A stretch of DNA of 64,000 nt from Candidatus Hydrogenedentota bacterium. GTDB lineage: Bacteria > Hydrogenedentota > Hydrogenedentia > Hydrogenedentales > SLHB01. The stretch's first letter is position 1. Each line of letters starts with the position of its first letter. The notes beneath the pieces were generated by a model that had not been told where the DNA came from, did not search any database, and saw nothing but the letters and a program-made list of their open reading frames with translations. Positions 1-11,000 of this stretch are shown here, piece after piece. Made by a program: the position numbers and the translations under genes. The DNA is taken from contig BTVY01000001.1 of NCBI GenBank assembly GCA_045863335.1, positions 232,671 through 296,670 on the forward strand, given 5' to 3'.

Positions 1-267
1 TGGTTGTACGGCGACAAGGGCGGCGCGCACTGGCCGAACAACACGATCCACGTGACGAGCAACAAGACGCGGCAGCATATGGATATCACGCTGCGCAGCG
101 CCGGGACGGGCGAAGCCCACATGCTCGAATGCATGGCCTTCGCGGAGGCTGTGGCAAAGGGCAAGCCATCGCCCGTGCCCGCGGAAGAGTCGTTGCAGGT
201 GATCACGATCCTGGACGCGATCTACCAGAGCGCAAGGAAAGGGCGCGAAGTGGTGTTGAAGGGGTAG
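1..267 (+). CDS. Gfo/Idh/MocA family oxidoreductase, C-terminal fragment (runs off window start)
   Basis: Typical C-terminus: ...AFAEAVAKGKPSPVPAEESLQVITILDAIYQSARKGREV. Confidence 0.75.
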   Translation, partial: WLYGDKGGAHWPNNTIHVTSNKTRQHMDITLRSAGTGEAHMLECMAFAEAVAKGKPSPVPAEESLQVITILDAIYQSARKGREVVLKG

Positions 268-270
268 AGA

Positions 271-476
271 ATAGGACCTATAGGACGGATAGGACCTATA
301 GGACCGGAAGGGCGGCGGGCACGGCAGCGATCCAACACCACGACGATATTCTGTGTTGGCGTGAATCATCAGGGGAATCGGAGCAATCTATCGCGCTGAC
401 AACTCCGGCCGCCGCATATCCAATCGATCGCGCCAGCTCGTCCTATTGGTCCTATAGGTCCCATACGACCTATTCC
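271..476. repeat. Two inverted arrays of 9-bp periodic repeats (ATAGGACCN x4 at 271-306; complementary array at about 440-476)
   Basis: Read directly: ataggacct ataggacgg ataggacct ataggaccg ... gtcctattggtcctataggtcccatacgacctat. Confidence 0.8.
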
Positions 477-500
477 CCATCGCACCTCCCCACGCGTCCG

Positions 501-509
501 TGCTATGAT
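501..509 (+). promoter_or_regulatory. Extended -10 promoter element (TGcTATGAT), probably driving a leaderless transcript
   Basis: TGCTATGAT at 501-509; ATG at 517 lies 7 nt after the -10; no Shine-Dalgarno in between. Confidence 0.5.
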
Positions 510-516
510 CCGCGCC

Positions 517-1335
517 ATGCACAAAAAACCTCCACTCACCATTGAATCGACGACCTTGTGGGACTACCCCTCGCAGCACTATGGCGAGACCATGCAGGGG
601 GACCAGGCCTACATCGGCGCGACGCCTTCGCATGTCATCTGGAACCTGCTGCAGCGGTACACGCGGGAAAAGGACCTCGTGGTCGACCCCATGTGCGGCA
701 GCGGAACCACGCTGGATGTGGCGCGGGACCTGAACCGGCGCGCCCTGGGCTACGACCTCGCGCCGTTCCGGGAGGACATCTTCCGGGCCGACGCGCGCAA
801 GCTCCCGCTGGAGGACGAGAAGGCGGACTTCGTCTTCGTCGATCCCCCCTACTCCACGCATCTGGAGTATTCGGACGACCCGGCCTGCATCGGAAAACTC
901 GACGCGGCCACCGGCGAGTATTACGAAGCCATGCGCGACGTGATTCGCGAGATTCACCGCATCCTCCGGCCCCGCCGCTACATGGGGCTCTACGTGAGCG
1001 ATTCCTGGAAGAAGAAGCAGCCGTTTCAGCCCATCGGCTTCCGCCTGTTCGCCATGCTGGAGCAATATTTCGAACCAGTCGACGTCGTGTGCGTCGTGCG
1101 GCATAACCGCACCATGAAGCGGCGTCACTGGCACGCGGAGGCCGTCAAGGGGAACTACTTCCTGCGCGGGTTCAACTACCTCTTCATCATGAAAAAGGGC
1201 GAACGCAAACCGGCAAGGCAGGAGCGATCCATCCCCAAACCCAAGCGCCCGGACAAGCCCAAGGGCTGGGCCAAGGCAAAGCCAAAGACACGGCCCACCC
1301 GGCCCAAGCGAAACAATCGGGACAGGGCAAAGTAG
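517..1335 (+). CDS. Orphan N6/N4 amino-methyltransferase (DNA methylase/TRM11-like) with basic C-terminal tail
   Basis: SAM-binding motif DPMCGSGTT followed by catalytic DPPY; K/R/P-rich tail. Start at 505 or 517. Confidence 0.8.
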   Translation: MHKKPPLTIESTTLWDYPSQHYGETMQGDQAYIGATPSHVIWNLLQRYTREKDLVVDPMCGSGTTLDVARDLNRRALGYDLAPFREDIFRADARKLPLEDEKADFVFVDPPYSTHLEYSDDPACIGKLDAATGEYYEAMRDVIREIHRILRPRRYMGLYVSDSWKKKQPFQPIGFRLFAMLEQYFEPVDVVCVVRHNRTMKRRHWHAEAVKGNYFLRGFNYLFIMKKGERKPARQERSIPKPKRPDKPKGWAKAKPKTRPTRPKRNNRDRAK

Positions 1336-1350
1336 CAGAGCACACGGAGC

Positions 1351-2094
1351 CTACTCGTCTTCCTTGAGTTCCACGCGGAGGATGTTGAACTCGAGACCCT
1401 TCATGGGCGATCCGGCATTGTGGAAGACCAGCCCCCGGTACTTGTAATACGACATGGCATCGTGGGTGTGACCGAAATACACGTGGCGGGTGCCGTTCAG
1501 CGCGCCGAGCCCCACGTTCTCCAGGTAGGCGATCACGCGCCGCGCGACGAGTTTCTTGGGATAACGGACCGCCTGCGCGCCGCGGTGCAGGCCCATGTGC
1601 AACGCCCAGTCGTAGAGGTGATGCAGGATGGGGTGCCGGATCTTTTCGTCGTAGCGCCACTCGTCGCGCGCGTGCTCCAACTTGTCGGCGTCCATCTTCC
1701 GGTCAGAAACATCGCCGTGAAGAAAAACACTATCTCCCAGCTTGAGGTAGTACGGGTGCCAGGACAGGTTTTCCGTGACGGCGGCGAGTTCGGACAACGC
1801 TTCCACAAAAACCTGCAGGTTGTCGTGGTTCCCGACGACAAAATGAAAATGGCACGAGGGAAACTTTCCCGCCAAATCCCGCAACCACGCGATGGACGCA
1901 TCGACCGTGTCCGCCACGGACCGCAGCGTGGTCCATCGGAAGTCGAAGGTATCTCCGTTCAAGATAAACACATCCGCTTCTTCGGCGGCGCGGTAGATAT
2001 CATCGAGGTGATCGATCCATTGGGACCGCTTCGAGAACATATGTAGATCGGATACGACGTAACCGATTCGCTTTGCAGTAGACACGTACAGCAT
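1351..2094 (-). CDS. Metallophosphoesterase, LpxH/UDP-2,3-diacylglucosamine hydrolase-like
   Basis: Calcineurin-like motifs SDLH, NGDTFD, GNHD, HGD, GHTH. Confidence 0.8.
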   Translation of the reverse strand: MLYVSTAKRIGYVVSDLHMFSKRSQWIDHLDDIYRAAEEADVFILNGDTFDFRWTTLRSVADTVDASIAWLRDLAGKFPSCHFHFVVGNHDNLQVFVEALSELAAVTENLSWHPYYLKLGDSVFLHGDVSDRKMDADKLEHARDEWRYDEKIRHPILHHLYDWALHMGLHRGAQAVRYPKKLVARRVIAYLENVGLGALNGTRHVYFGHTHDAMSYYKYRGLVFHNAGSPMKGLEFNILRVELKEDE

Positions 2095-2249
2095 TCCTTT
2101 TCCATGGAAAACGCGTCTCCATGGCGTTTGGTTCGATCATACCGCGCGATAAAGCGTCTGGCAAGCGGAGGATATTGCGCTGGCCCGCCCGCGCCCCCTA
2201 CACTAACTCCAGCCATGAGCCGCATGGGACTGCTTGGGGATCCAAATCG

Positions 2250-3026
2250 ATGAGAAAGATTTCGTTCGTTTATTGGGCCGTTATATTGACGGCTACAGTG
2301 CTGCTTACCGGGTGTGCCCACCAGCAAAACACCTTGTTCCAGGTATCCACCATCGACGCGCTCCTCGCCGGCGTCTACGACGGCGACTATCCCGCCCGCC
2401 AACTTGCGAAGAAAGGTACCCTGGGTCTCGGGACCTTCAACGCGCTGGACGGCGAGATGATCGTCCTCGACGGGGCTGTGTATCAGGTGCGCGCCGACGG
2501 CGCCATCGTTCGGGTAAGCCCGGATGACAAGACGCCCTTCGCCACGGTGGTGCATTTTCGGAGCGATTCCGAGATTGTGGTTCCAAGCGGCACAGACTTC
2601 GCCGGGCTTGAAGCGTGTATCGATGCCGCAATCCCGAGTCCAAACCTCTACTACGCCATCCGCGCGCAGGGCACCTTCCCGATGATGAAGACGCGCAGCG
2701 TGCCGCGGCAGTCGCCCCCGTACCGGAGGCTCGCGGAAGTCGTGGAGGACCAGGCCGTGTTCGAGGCGACGAACGTGCGCGGGACGCTCATCGGCTTCCG
2801 GTGCCCGCCGTTCACCGCGGGCGTCAACGTGCCCGGCTACCATCTCCACTTTCTCAGCGACGACAAGACGTTCGGGGGGCATGTCCTCGCATTTACTTCA
2901 GGGGAACTGACCGTCCAGGTCGACTCGATCCACGATGTGGAGATGCTGCTTCCAAATGACCTCGCGTTCTTAGGTGCGGACCTTTCCGAGCACAAGCCGG
3001 CGGAGCTGGAGAAGGTGGAAAAGTAG
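2250..3026 (+). CDS. budA: Alpha-acetolactate decarboxylase with lipoprotein signal
   Basis: FQVSTIDALLAGVYDG, GLGTFNALDGEMI, GYHLHFLSDDKTFGGHV; lipobox LLTGC. Confidence 0.9.
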   Translation: MRKISFVYWAVILTATVLLTGCAHQQNTLFQVSTIDALLAGVYDGDYPARQLAKKGTLGLGTFNALDGEMIVLDGAVYQVRADGAIVRVSPDDKTPFATVVHFRSDSEIVVPSGTDFAGLEACIDAAIPSPNLYYAIRAQGTFPMMKTRSVPRQSPPYRRLAEVVEDQAVFEATNVRGTLIGFRCPPFTAGVNVPGYHLHFLSDDKTFGGHVLAFTSGELTVQVDSIHDVEMLLPNDLAFLGADLSEHKPAELEKVEK

Positions 3027-3129
3027 CGGTTCTGGCCGCACTCGGGGATAATGTCCACCACCGGACAAAAGATTCTGGCGTTTCTTGGGAGAACCTGCTA
3101 GAGTATGCGGAGAGTGTGAAACATTCGTA

Positions 3130-3777
3130 ATGATCGAAATTGAACGGAAGATGCAAGCAATCCTTTGCGGACATATACAAAAGGGTAATCGGGGGTACGT
3201 CCGAAGCGGCAAGAACCGCGTTTCGGCGGAAATCCTGGATGTGCGGGACGGCATCATCCGGCTCCACTGCGATTCTCCATCCGGATTGCGCGACGGTGCT
3301 GGCGTGATGCTGGAATTCGGGTGCGAAGACCCTGCGGGAGTAGCCGGGTACTATGCGCGGGTATTGACCGCGTCCCCCGAGGCCGTCCACGAACTGGTCC
3401 TGCTGCGTGCGGCCAGCCTCAACCGGGAAGAGCTTCGCGCAAATCTGCGCGTGCCCACGGATATCGCCCTCACCATTCAGTCCAACGGTCTGCCCGACGC
3501 GGTGACGGGCCGCCTGCTGAACATCAGCGCGGGCGGCGCGTACCTGGAAACGGCAGCCCCTCTCAGCCGGAACGGGCGATCGCGCGTTACGCTTCGCATG
3601 ACCGAGGAACCCTCCCTGGTGGTTCACGGCGAAATCATTCACGCCGGTGAATCGGAAGCAGACTCCGGCTTACACCGGTGCGGCGTCCGGTTCTCCAACG
3701 TGGAACCCGAAAACGCGCGCGCGATTTCCTGGTACGTGTGGACCCGCGTACGAGCATTCTTCCAGGAACACGGGTAG
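3130..3777 (+). CDS. PilZ domain protein (c-di-GMP receptor, YcgR-like layout)
   Basis: RxxxR motif (LRANLRV) and NISAGGA motif; C-terminal GVRF. Confidence 0.8.
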   Translation: MIEIERKMQAILCGHIQKGNRGYVRSGKNRVSAEILDVRDGIIRLHCDSPSGLRDGAGVMLEFGCEDPAGVAGYYARVLTASPEAVHELVLLRAASLNREELRANLRVPTDIALTIQSNGLPDAVTGRLLNISAGGAYLETAAPLSRNGRSRVTLRMTEEPSLVVHGEIIHAGESEADSGLHRCGVRFSNVEPENARAISWYVWTRVRAFFQEHG

Positions 3778-3793
3778 TCCCCCTGCGCTGACC

Positions 3794-4912
3794 ATGGGGA
3801 CACCGAGTACCGCAGAACTTCCCCTCCTTTCCCGTTACCCTGGCTTGCGAAACAGAATCCCGCATGTATCGCTGGGCCAATTCCCCACCCCCATCACCCC
3901 ATGCAACCAACTCGAATCGCAACTCGATCTGGGCGCGTTGCACATCAAACGCGACGACCTCAGCGGCGAGGTGTATGGCGGGAACAAGGTTCGAAAGCTG
4001 GAGTTCCTGCTCGGCAAAGCGCTGCAGGACGGCGTGAAGGAAGTTCTGACCTTCGGCTTCACGGGATCCAACCACGCGCTCGCGACGGCCATCTACGCGC
4101 AGAAGGTGGGATTGCGCAGCATCTCCATGTTTTTGCCCCAACCGAACTCACGGTCGCTGCGGAGGAATCTGCTGCTCGGTTATCACAACGGCGCCGAACT
4201 GCACGAGTATCCCAACCGGCGCGCGCTGACCGTTGGAACAGTGTATCAATCGATACGCCACTGGGCGCGGACCGGGCGCAGGCCGATGATCATCCCGCCG
4301 GGCGGCTCTTCGCCACTGGGCATCGTGGGAATCGTCAACGCCGCTTTCGAGTTGGCGGATCAGGTCAAGGCGGGGACGATGACTGAACCCGATCTCATTT
4401 ATGTCGCCGTGGGCAGCATGGGAACCGCGGTCGGTCTGCGAATCGGTTTGGAAGCCGCCGGATTGCGCTCGGAGGTGATCCCAATACGGGTAATCGATCG
4501 TGAGCTGGCGAACCCGTCCCGCATGCGTACGCTCGCGCGCGATACAGTGGCGTATCTCCGTTCCTGCGACCCCAGCTTTCCGACATGCGAAGGCGCCCTT
4601 TCCGAATACACGCTCCGGGAGGAATTCTTCGGAACCCGATATGCCCTGTACACCGAAGAAGGCATGGAAGCCATCCGCCTGCTGCGGGAAGCGGAGGATA
4701 TCGGCCTCGACGGCACGTATTCCGGGAAGGCCTTCGCCGCGCTGGTGGACGATGCGAAGAAGGGAATGCTCAACGGGAAGACGGTGCTCTTCTGGGACAC
4801 CTTCAACTCGCGCGATCCCTGGAGTGCCCTGGGCGAATTGGATTACACCAACCTGCCCAAAAAGTTCCACTGCTACTTTGAGGAGCCGGTACAGCCGCTC
4901 GACGCAACGTAG
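3794..4912 (+). CDS. PLP-dependent D-cysteine desulfhydrase/ACC deaminase family enzyme
   Basis: IKRDDL...GGNKVRKLEFLL, SNHA, GSMGT, LDGTYSGKA. Confidence 0.88.
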   Translation: MGTPSTAELPLLSRYPGLRNRIPHVSLGQFPTPITPCNQLESQLDLGALHIKRDDLSGEVYGGNKVRKLEFLLGKALQDGVKEVLTFGFTGSNHALATAIYAQKVGLRSISMFLPQPNSRSLRRNLLLGYHNGAELHEYPNRRALTVGTVYQSIRHWARTGRRPMIIPPGGSSPLGIVGIVNAAFELADQVKAGTMTEPDLIYVAVGSMGTAVGLRIGLEAAGLRSEVIPIRVIDRELANPSRMRTLARDTVAYLRSCDPSFPTCEGALSEYTLREEFFGTRYALYTEEGMEAIRLLREAEDIGLDGTYSGKAFAALVDDAKKGMLNGKTVLFWDTFNSRDPWSALGELDYTNLPKKFHCYFEEPVQPLDAT

Positions 4913-4938
4913 CTACCGATATCGAAGGAGGACCCTCG

Positions 4939-5376
4939 ATGCCACGGCAGACGCAGAATTACGCCAATCATCGCAGCCACGACAAAAGCTTGTACATCAT
5001 CACGCTCGTGCTCATCATCGCGGCGCTGCTGTCTATTTCCGCTGCATACCTCGATTTGCCCATGCTATCCGCCGCGGCGGCCATATTGATCGTGATCGCC
5101 GTCGTGGGCATTATGTTTCGCATGCGCGCGTACGCGGTGCGCGTGCAGGATCGGGTGATCCGGCTGGAAATGCGGCTGCGGCTGGAGCGCGTTCTGCCGG
5201 ATGAGTTGGTATCCAGGATTCCGGCGCTCAAACTGTCGCAACTGGTGGGCCTTCGATTTGCCTCCGACGCCGAGTTGCCCGCTCTCGTTCAAAAAGTTCT
5301 CGACGGTAACATCACAAACGCGGACGACATCAAGAAGCTCGTGAAGGACTGGCAGGCGGATCACCTGCGCGTCTGA
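4939..5376 (+). CDS. Conserved membrane protein (DUF6526-like)
   Basis: QNYANH N-terminus, two TM helices, QDRVIRLE, QLVGLRFASDAELP, IKK..KDWQAD.LRV. Confidence 0.7.
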   Translation: MPRQTQNYANHRSHDKSLYIITLVLIIAALLSISAAYLDLPMLSAAAAILIVIAVVGIMFRMRAYAVRVQDRVIRLEMRLRLERVLPDELVSRIPALKLSQLVGLRFASDAELPALVQKVLDGNITNADDIKKLVKDWQADHLRV

Positions 5377-5410
5377 TCGGGATGCCCGCTCCGCGCAGGG
5401 AGTACTGAAC

Positions 5411-6922
5411 ATGTCACGATTGCTACGCGGAGCGATCTCCAGTTTCTTTCTCCTAACCCTGTTCGCGAACGCGCAGGAAACCACCGCCCAGCGGGTCCTG
5501 ATGATCGTGCTGGACGGTTGCCGGCCGGACTACGTAACGCCGGAGGTCATGCCCAATCTCTACGCGCTGGGGCAACGCGGCGTCGTCTGTACGAACAACC
5601 ATGCCGTATATCCGACCGTCACCCGCGTCAACTCCACGTCCTTCGCGACTGGGTGCTATCCCGGCAAACACGGGCTGATGGGCAATACCGTGTATTTCTC
5701 CGAAGTCGACCGGGATAAGGCGTTCAGCACCGGGAACGCGGCAAACCTTATGCTCATTTCCGATTCGATCGAAGGCGATTTGGTCACGCGTCCCTCCATC
5801 GGCGAAGTGCTCGATAGCCACGGGAAGAAACATCTCGCCGTGAGTTCAGGCTCCTCAGGCTCGGCTTTCCTGCTGAACCACAAAGCAAAGGGCGGTGGAC
5901 TGATCAACGTCGATCTTGTCCTGCCGGAGACGTTGCGCGCGACGGTCGAAGACGTGGTCGGCCCCGTACCCGAAGAGGCGTACCCGAATGCCGCGCGCAA
6001 CCACTGGGTCGTGGACGCATACCTGAAGCTGGGGCTGGATGAGATCCAACCGGACGTGACGTACATGTGGCTCTCCGATCCGGACCATACCGGGCACCAG
6101 ATGGGTATCGGGAATCCCATTACCGTCGAGGCATTGAAAGCCGTGGATGGCGAGCTTGGCCGTATTCTGGAGGCACTCAACGCGAAAGGTCTGGCCGACT
6201 CGACCAACGTGATCGTGACTTCCGATCACGGATTCTCGACCCAGACGGGTGAGGCCCAACTCGCGCCATTCCTTGTGCAGAAAGGGTTGAAAGGAAGTCT
6301 CAGTTCCTCGGACGTCATGGTCGTGGACGGCTGCATCTACGTGGACAAACACGATCCCGAGCGCATCCGCGAAATCGTGGAAGCGTTGCAGGCGACGCCT
6401 TGGGTTGGCGCCATCTTCACCCCCGCGAAGCAACCGGGAAGCGACGAAGGCGTCGTGCCCGGCACACTCTCCTTCGAAGTGGCCCGGTTCAATCACGAGC
6501 GCGCACCGGATATCCTTGTCGACGCGGCCTGGTCGGACGCAGCCAACGAATCCGGTTGGAAAGGTACGACGGCCTTGCCCGGCACGGCGGGACACGGCAC
6601 GTCGAGTCCTTTCGACATTCACAATACGCTGATCGCCGCGGGCCCGGCCTTCAAAGAGGGATTTGTGAACGATCTGCCGACGGGTAACGTGGACATGATG
6701 CCGACGATTTGCACGCTCGCCGGCGTTCCCGTTCCAGACGGCGTGGATGGCCGCGTATTGAACGAGATTTTCCGCAGCGATACAGCCGGCGCACCCGAAG
6801 TGGAAACGTCGACGCGTGAAGCCGCCACGATGCCTTCGGGATATCAGACGAAGGCACTCGTCTCGCGTATAGCCGGGCACTCCTATCTCGACTACACGAA
6901 AACCACGACGGGCGCGGAGTAA
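5411..6922 (+). CDS. Secreted alkaline phosphatase superfamily protein (nucleotide pyrophosphatase/phosphodiesterase)
   Basis: Signal peptide; LDGCRPD, PTVTRVN, DPDHTGH, SDHGF motifs. Confidence 0.85.
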   Translation: MSRLLRGAISSFFLLTLFANAQETTAQRVLMIVLDGCRPDYVTPEVMPNLYALGQRGVVCTNNHAVYPTVTRVNSTSFATGCYPGKHGLMGNTVYFSEVDRDKAFSTGNAANLMLISDSIEGDLVTRPSIGEVLDSHGKKHLAVSSGSSGSAFLLNHKAKGGGLINVDLVLPETLRATVEDVVGPVPEEAYPNAARNHWVVDAYLKLGLDEIQPDVTYMWLSDPDHTGHQMGIGNPITVEALKAVDGELGRILEALNAKGLADSTNVIVTSDHGFSTQTGEAQLAPFLVQKGLKGSLSSSDVMVVDGCIYVDKHDPERIREIVEALQATPWVGAIFTPAKQPGSDEGVVPGTLSFEVARFNHERAPDILVDAAWSDAANESGWKGTTALPGTAGHGTSSPFDIHNTLIAAGPAFKEGFVNDLPTGNVDMMPTICTLAGVPVPDGVDGRVLNEIFRSDTAGAPEVETSTREAATMPSGYQTKALVSRIAGHSYLDYTKTTTGAE

Positions 6923-6924
6923 TT

Positions 6925-7983
6925 ATGAGTCAAGCATCCACATGGATGATCTACGGCGCCAACGGCTATACCGGAAAACTCTGCGTTCGCGAATGCGTCC
7001 GCCGCGGCATTCGTCCTGTGCTGGCCGGCCGCAATCGCAAAGCGATCGAGGCGCTCGCGCGCGAATACGATCTCGAATCGCGGATCTTCGGTTTGGACGA
7101 TGCAAAGGCGGCCAATCGTCTCGACGACATGGCCGCCGTACTCCACTGCGCGGGACCGTTCTCCGCTACGGCCCGGCCGATGCTCGACCTCTGTACGCGC
7201 AGCAAGACGCATTATCTGGACATCACGGGGGAGATCGACGTATTTGAGTTCGTCCATCAGAGCGCGAACCGGTGGATCGACGCCGGAATGGTCGCCATGC
7301 CGGGCGTCGGGTTTGACGTCGTTCCCTCCGATTGCCTTGCCGCCATGTTGAAACGGGAACTGCCCGACGCAACGCACCTGACGCTTGCGTTTCAGTCCAA
7401 GGGTGGAAAGATGAGTCCCGGCACCACCAAGACGATGATCGAAGGCTTGCCGCGCGGGTGCAGGGTCCGGCGCGATGGACAATTGGTTAGCGTGCCTTCC
7501 GGCAGCCTGACGCGCGCGATTCCTTTCCGCGATCGACCGCATACAGCGGTGGCAATTCCGTGGGGTGACGTCTCGACCGCCTACTACTCGACGGGCATCC
7601 CGAACATCGAGGTCTACGCCGGTATCCCGGAGAAACAGATCGCGTGGATGCGCCGCCTCAACAAGCTGGGACCGATCCTGGGACTGGGATTCGTTCAGGA
7701 CTTCCTGAAACGCCGGGTGGAGAAATCTGTTTCCGGCCCGACCGACGACGAACGCGCCTCGGACGAAGTGATCCTCTGGGGTGAAGCGCGCGACGGTTCA
7801 GGCAATACCCGCACCATGCGCATGCGCACGCCCGAGGGATATGCTTTGACCGCTGAAGCCGCGGTGACCGCTGCGGAGCGGGTGGCGAGTGGCGCAGTGC
7901 CGCCGGGCGCGCACACCCCGTCGGCTGCTTTCGGCGCGGACTTCGTATTGTCCTTGACGGGCGTCAACTGCGATCGGGCGTAG
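6925..7983 (+). CDS. Saccharopine dehydrogenase-like NAD(P)-binding oxidoreductase
   Basis: IYGANGYTG, CAGPF, YLDITGE, GFDVVPSD. Confidence 0.88.
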   Translation: MSQASTWMIYGANGYTGKLCVRECVRRGIRPVLAGRNRKAIEALAREYDLESRIFGLDDAKAANRLDDMAAVLHCAGPFSATARPMLDLCTRSKTHYLDITGEIDVFEFVHQSANRWIDAGMVAMPGVGFDVVPSDCLAAMLKRELPDATHLTLAFQSKGGKMSPGTTKTMIEGLPRGCRVRRDGQLVSVPSGSLTRAIPFRDRPHTAVAIPWGDVSTAYYSTGIPNIEVYAGIPEKQIAWMRRLNKLGPILGLGFVQDFLKRRVEKSVSGPTDDERASDEVILWGEARDGSGNTRTMRMRTPEGYALTAEAAVTAAERVASGAVPPGAHTPSAAFGADFVLSLTGVNCDRA

Positions 7984-8029
7984 TCATAAACGATTCTCTC
8001 TTCAGACTTACCTGGAAAGGTGTTCTTGA

Positions 8030-11000
8030 ATGACTTCATCGAAATGCCAGTTGCTTATCGCAGTTAACCTCATGCTTTCCGCCTTTGCCGTCGCGGACGC
8101 CAACCACTTCCCCGGCGAACAATGGGAATTGCGCGCACCCGCCGACGCGGGCATGGACGATGCCGCGTTGGAATCGCTCGCGGCGACGCTCGGCGGCCGG
8201 GGTTGCGTCGTGAAGGATGGGTATGTCGTCAAAGCCTGGGGCGATCAGGCGGAGCGCAGCGATTGGTTGTCGTCAGCAAAGCCCGTGCTCAGCACCCTGC
8301 TCTTCTTCGCGATACAGGAAGGAAAGGTCGAGAGCGTCGACCAGAGGATCGCCGATTTTGGTTGGCCCCTCGAAGGGAAGGACGCGGGCATCACGTTCCG
8401 CCATCTTGGCGCGATGAGCAGCGGATACGCCCGGCCCGACGACCCCGGCGAAGCGTGGGCCTACAACGACTTTGCCATTCAGCTTTATCAGCAGACGCTG
8501 TTCGACAAGATCTTCGGCGGCGAGCCCGATGCAACGGCCGCCGACCCGAGTCGATTCGGCGCGCTCCAAATGGAAGACGGCCTCGACTTCTCCAACGACA
8601 AACGCCGCTTGAAGGCGTCCGTGCGCGACTTCGCACGAATCGCGTGGTTCTGGTTGAATCGCGGCAAATGGGGCGGCCAGCAGGTCCTGGATGCGCGGTT
8701 CTTCGACGAGTACATGCGGCCGCAAACGCCTGAGGATCTCCCTCACACGCAGGAAGCCGAAACCAACGACTATCTTGGCATCGGCTCCTTTGGCGGCGGC
8801 TCCGACCATTTCACGAAGTTCGGCGCGGGGATCTACGGCTTCAATTGGTGGTTCAACGGCACGGGCCGCTTGCATCCCGACGCGCTCACGTGGCCCGGCG
8901 CGCCCGCCGATACCATCATGTCCATCGGCTTCGGCGGCAACTGCTCCGTCATCATTCCGGGCATGAACCTCGTCCTCGCGTCCGCCAAAGGGGATTGGGG
9001 AAAACTGGATGCAGGCAATCCCGACTCCGAGTTCAATCGTAACATCGCGCTGCTTGTGAGCGCGGTCAAGAACGGAACTCAAGCCCAACCCGCAACGCAG
9101 GACTTGGACGAAGTCACGTTGTTGGACGACGGGTTTGACGCGCTACGACCGGGCAACCTCTTTGCCGTGGTCGGCGCCCACGCCGAATACCACTATGTGC
9201 CCGAGACGGAACCCAAAGCCGGTTGGTCGGTTTCGGCGTTCACCTCGTCATCACTGTCGCAGCTGGCATGGAAGGTCGTGCGCGAAGGCGACGATGCGGT
9301 GCTTACGCAAACCTACCGCAACAAGGCGAGACACACGCATCCGCTGGTAACCACGGGCGATGCGCTGTGGTCGGACTACACGGCGTCGGTGCGGTTCGCA
9401 CCAACCGTTGAAGGGCGCTCCGGCGTCGCCTTTCGCATGCACAACGACCGCTGCTATTACTTTTTCGGAGTCGAAGGGCAGCGCGCCGTCTTGATGCGCG
9501 TCAAGCATGCGACGGCATTTCGCCAACCTGCCGAGGAGGTACTGGCCGAGGAACCCTTCACCTGGAAGCCCTTTGAATACCTCGACGCGACCGTTACTGC
9601 AAAGGGTCAATCACTTGAATGCACCCTGAACGGCCAAGTGACGTTGACCGCAAATGACGACACGTTCCAGCGCGGCGGCATTGGTCTCTTGTCGGACGCG
9701 CGCGCGCGTTATACCCACGTGAACGTCACGACCAGTACGGCCGCGGCGGATGCGTTTGCGCGAGAGCGGGCGGAAAAGCTTGCGGAGGAGGAGCGCCTGC
9801 AAGCAGAGAATCCCAAGCTCTTGCTGTGGAAGCGCGTGGAGACCCGGGACTTCGGCGTAGGACGCAATGTGCGGTTCGGCGACTTGAACGGCGATGGTCA
9901 GATCGACGTGCTGATCGGGCAAGTGCGCCATCACGGGCCCAAGGATCGCAACAGCGAGTTGAGCTGCCTTACCGCGCTTACGTTTGATGGCGACATCCTC
10001 TGGCAAATCGGCGAACCGGATCCGTGGAAGGACAATCTCACCAACGATGTGGCCTTTCAGATCTACGATTTGGATGGCGACGGCGCCAACGAGGTCGTGT
10101 ATTGCATGAACATGGAGATCGTCGTAGCGGACGGTGCGACGGGCGAGACCAAGTACAAACAGCCCACGCCGGCGATGCCCGCTTCGACGCCGGAACCCTA
10201 TAACAAGTTCCCGCGCATTCTGGGCGACAGCGTTTACTTCTGCGACTTGCGGGGCGTCGGGCGGCCTACCGACATCATCCTGAAAGACCGCTACCGGAAC
10301 TTCTGGGCCTTAACCGACAAACTGGAGATTCAGTGGTACGGAGAATGCAACACGGGCCACTATCCCTACGCCTTCGACACTGACGGCGACGGCCGGCAGG
10401 AACTGGCAATCGGCTACTCGCTCTATTCGCCGGACGGCAACATACTCTGGTCGCTCGACGACACGATTGAAGATCACGCCGATGGCGTAGCCATCGTGAA
10501 CTACGGCGGTCCGGCGCAAGAGCCACGGCTCATGTGCGCGGCGAGCGATGAGGGCATGTTCTTCGCGACTCTGAAAGGCGAAGTTCTCAAGCACCACTAC
10601 CTCGGACACGTGCAGAATCCTGCCGTGGCGAACTTCCGCGATGATTTGCCGGGACTCGAGACGGTGTCTATCAACTTCTGGGGTAACCAAGGCATCATTC
10701 ACTTCTTCGATGCGGCGGGAGACATCTACCACGACTTCGAGCCGGTCCAGCACGGAAGTATGTGCCTTCCCATCAATTGGACCGGGAACAGCGAAGAGTT
10801 TTTTGTGCTGTCCGCGAATCCTGAGTATGGTGGAATGTACGATGGATATGGGCGGCGGGTCGTGCGCTTTCCGGCCGACGGACATCCTGACCTTTGCAAC
10901 GCGGTACTCGACATCACGGGCGACTGTCGGGACGAAATAGTGGTATGGGATCCGCAAGAAATCTGGGTTTACACGCAGGACGATGGCGTCAAGACCGGCG

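Noticed and set aside
505-2094. Restriction-modification system
   Set aside because: The convergent neighbour is a metallophosphoesterase; no endonuclease or specificity subunit is present.
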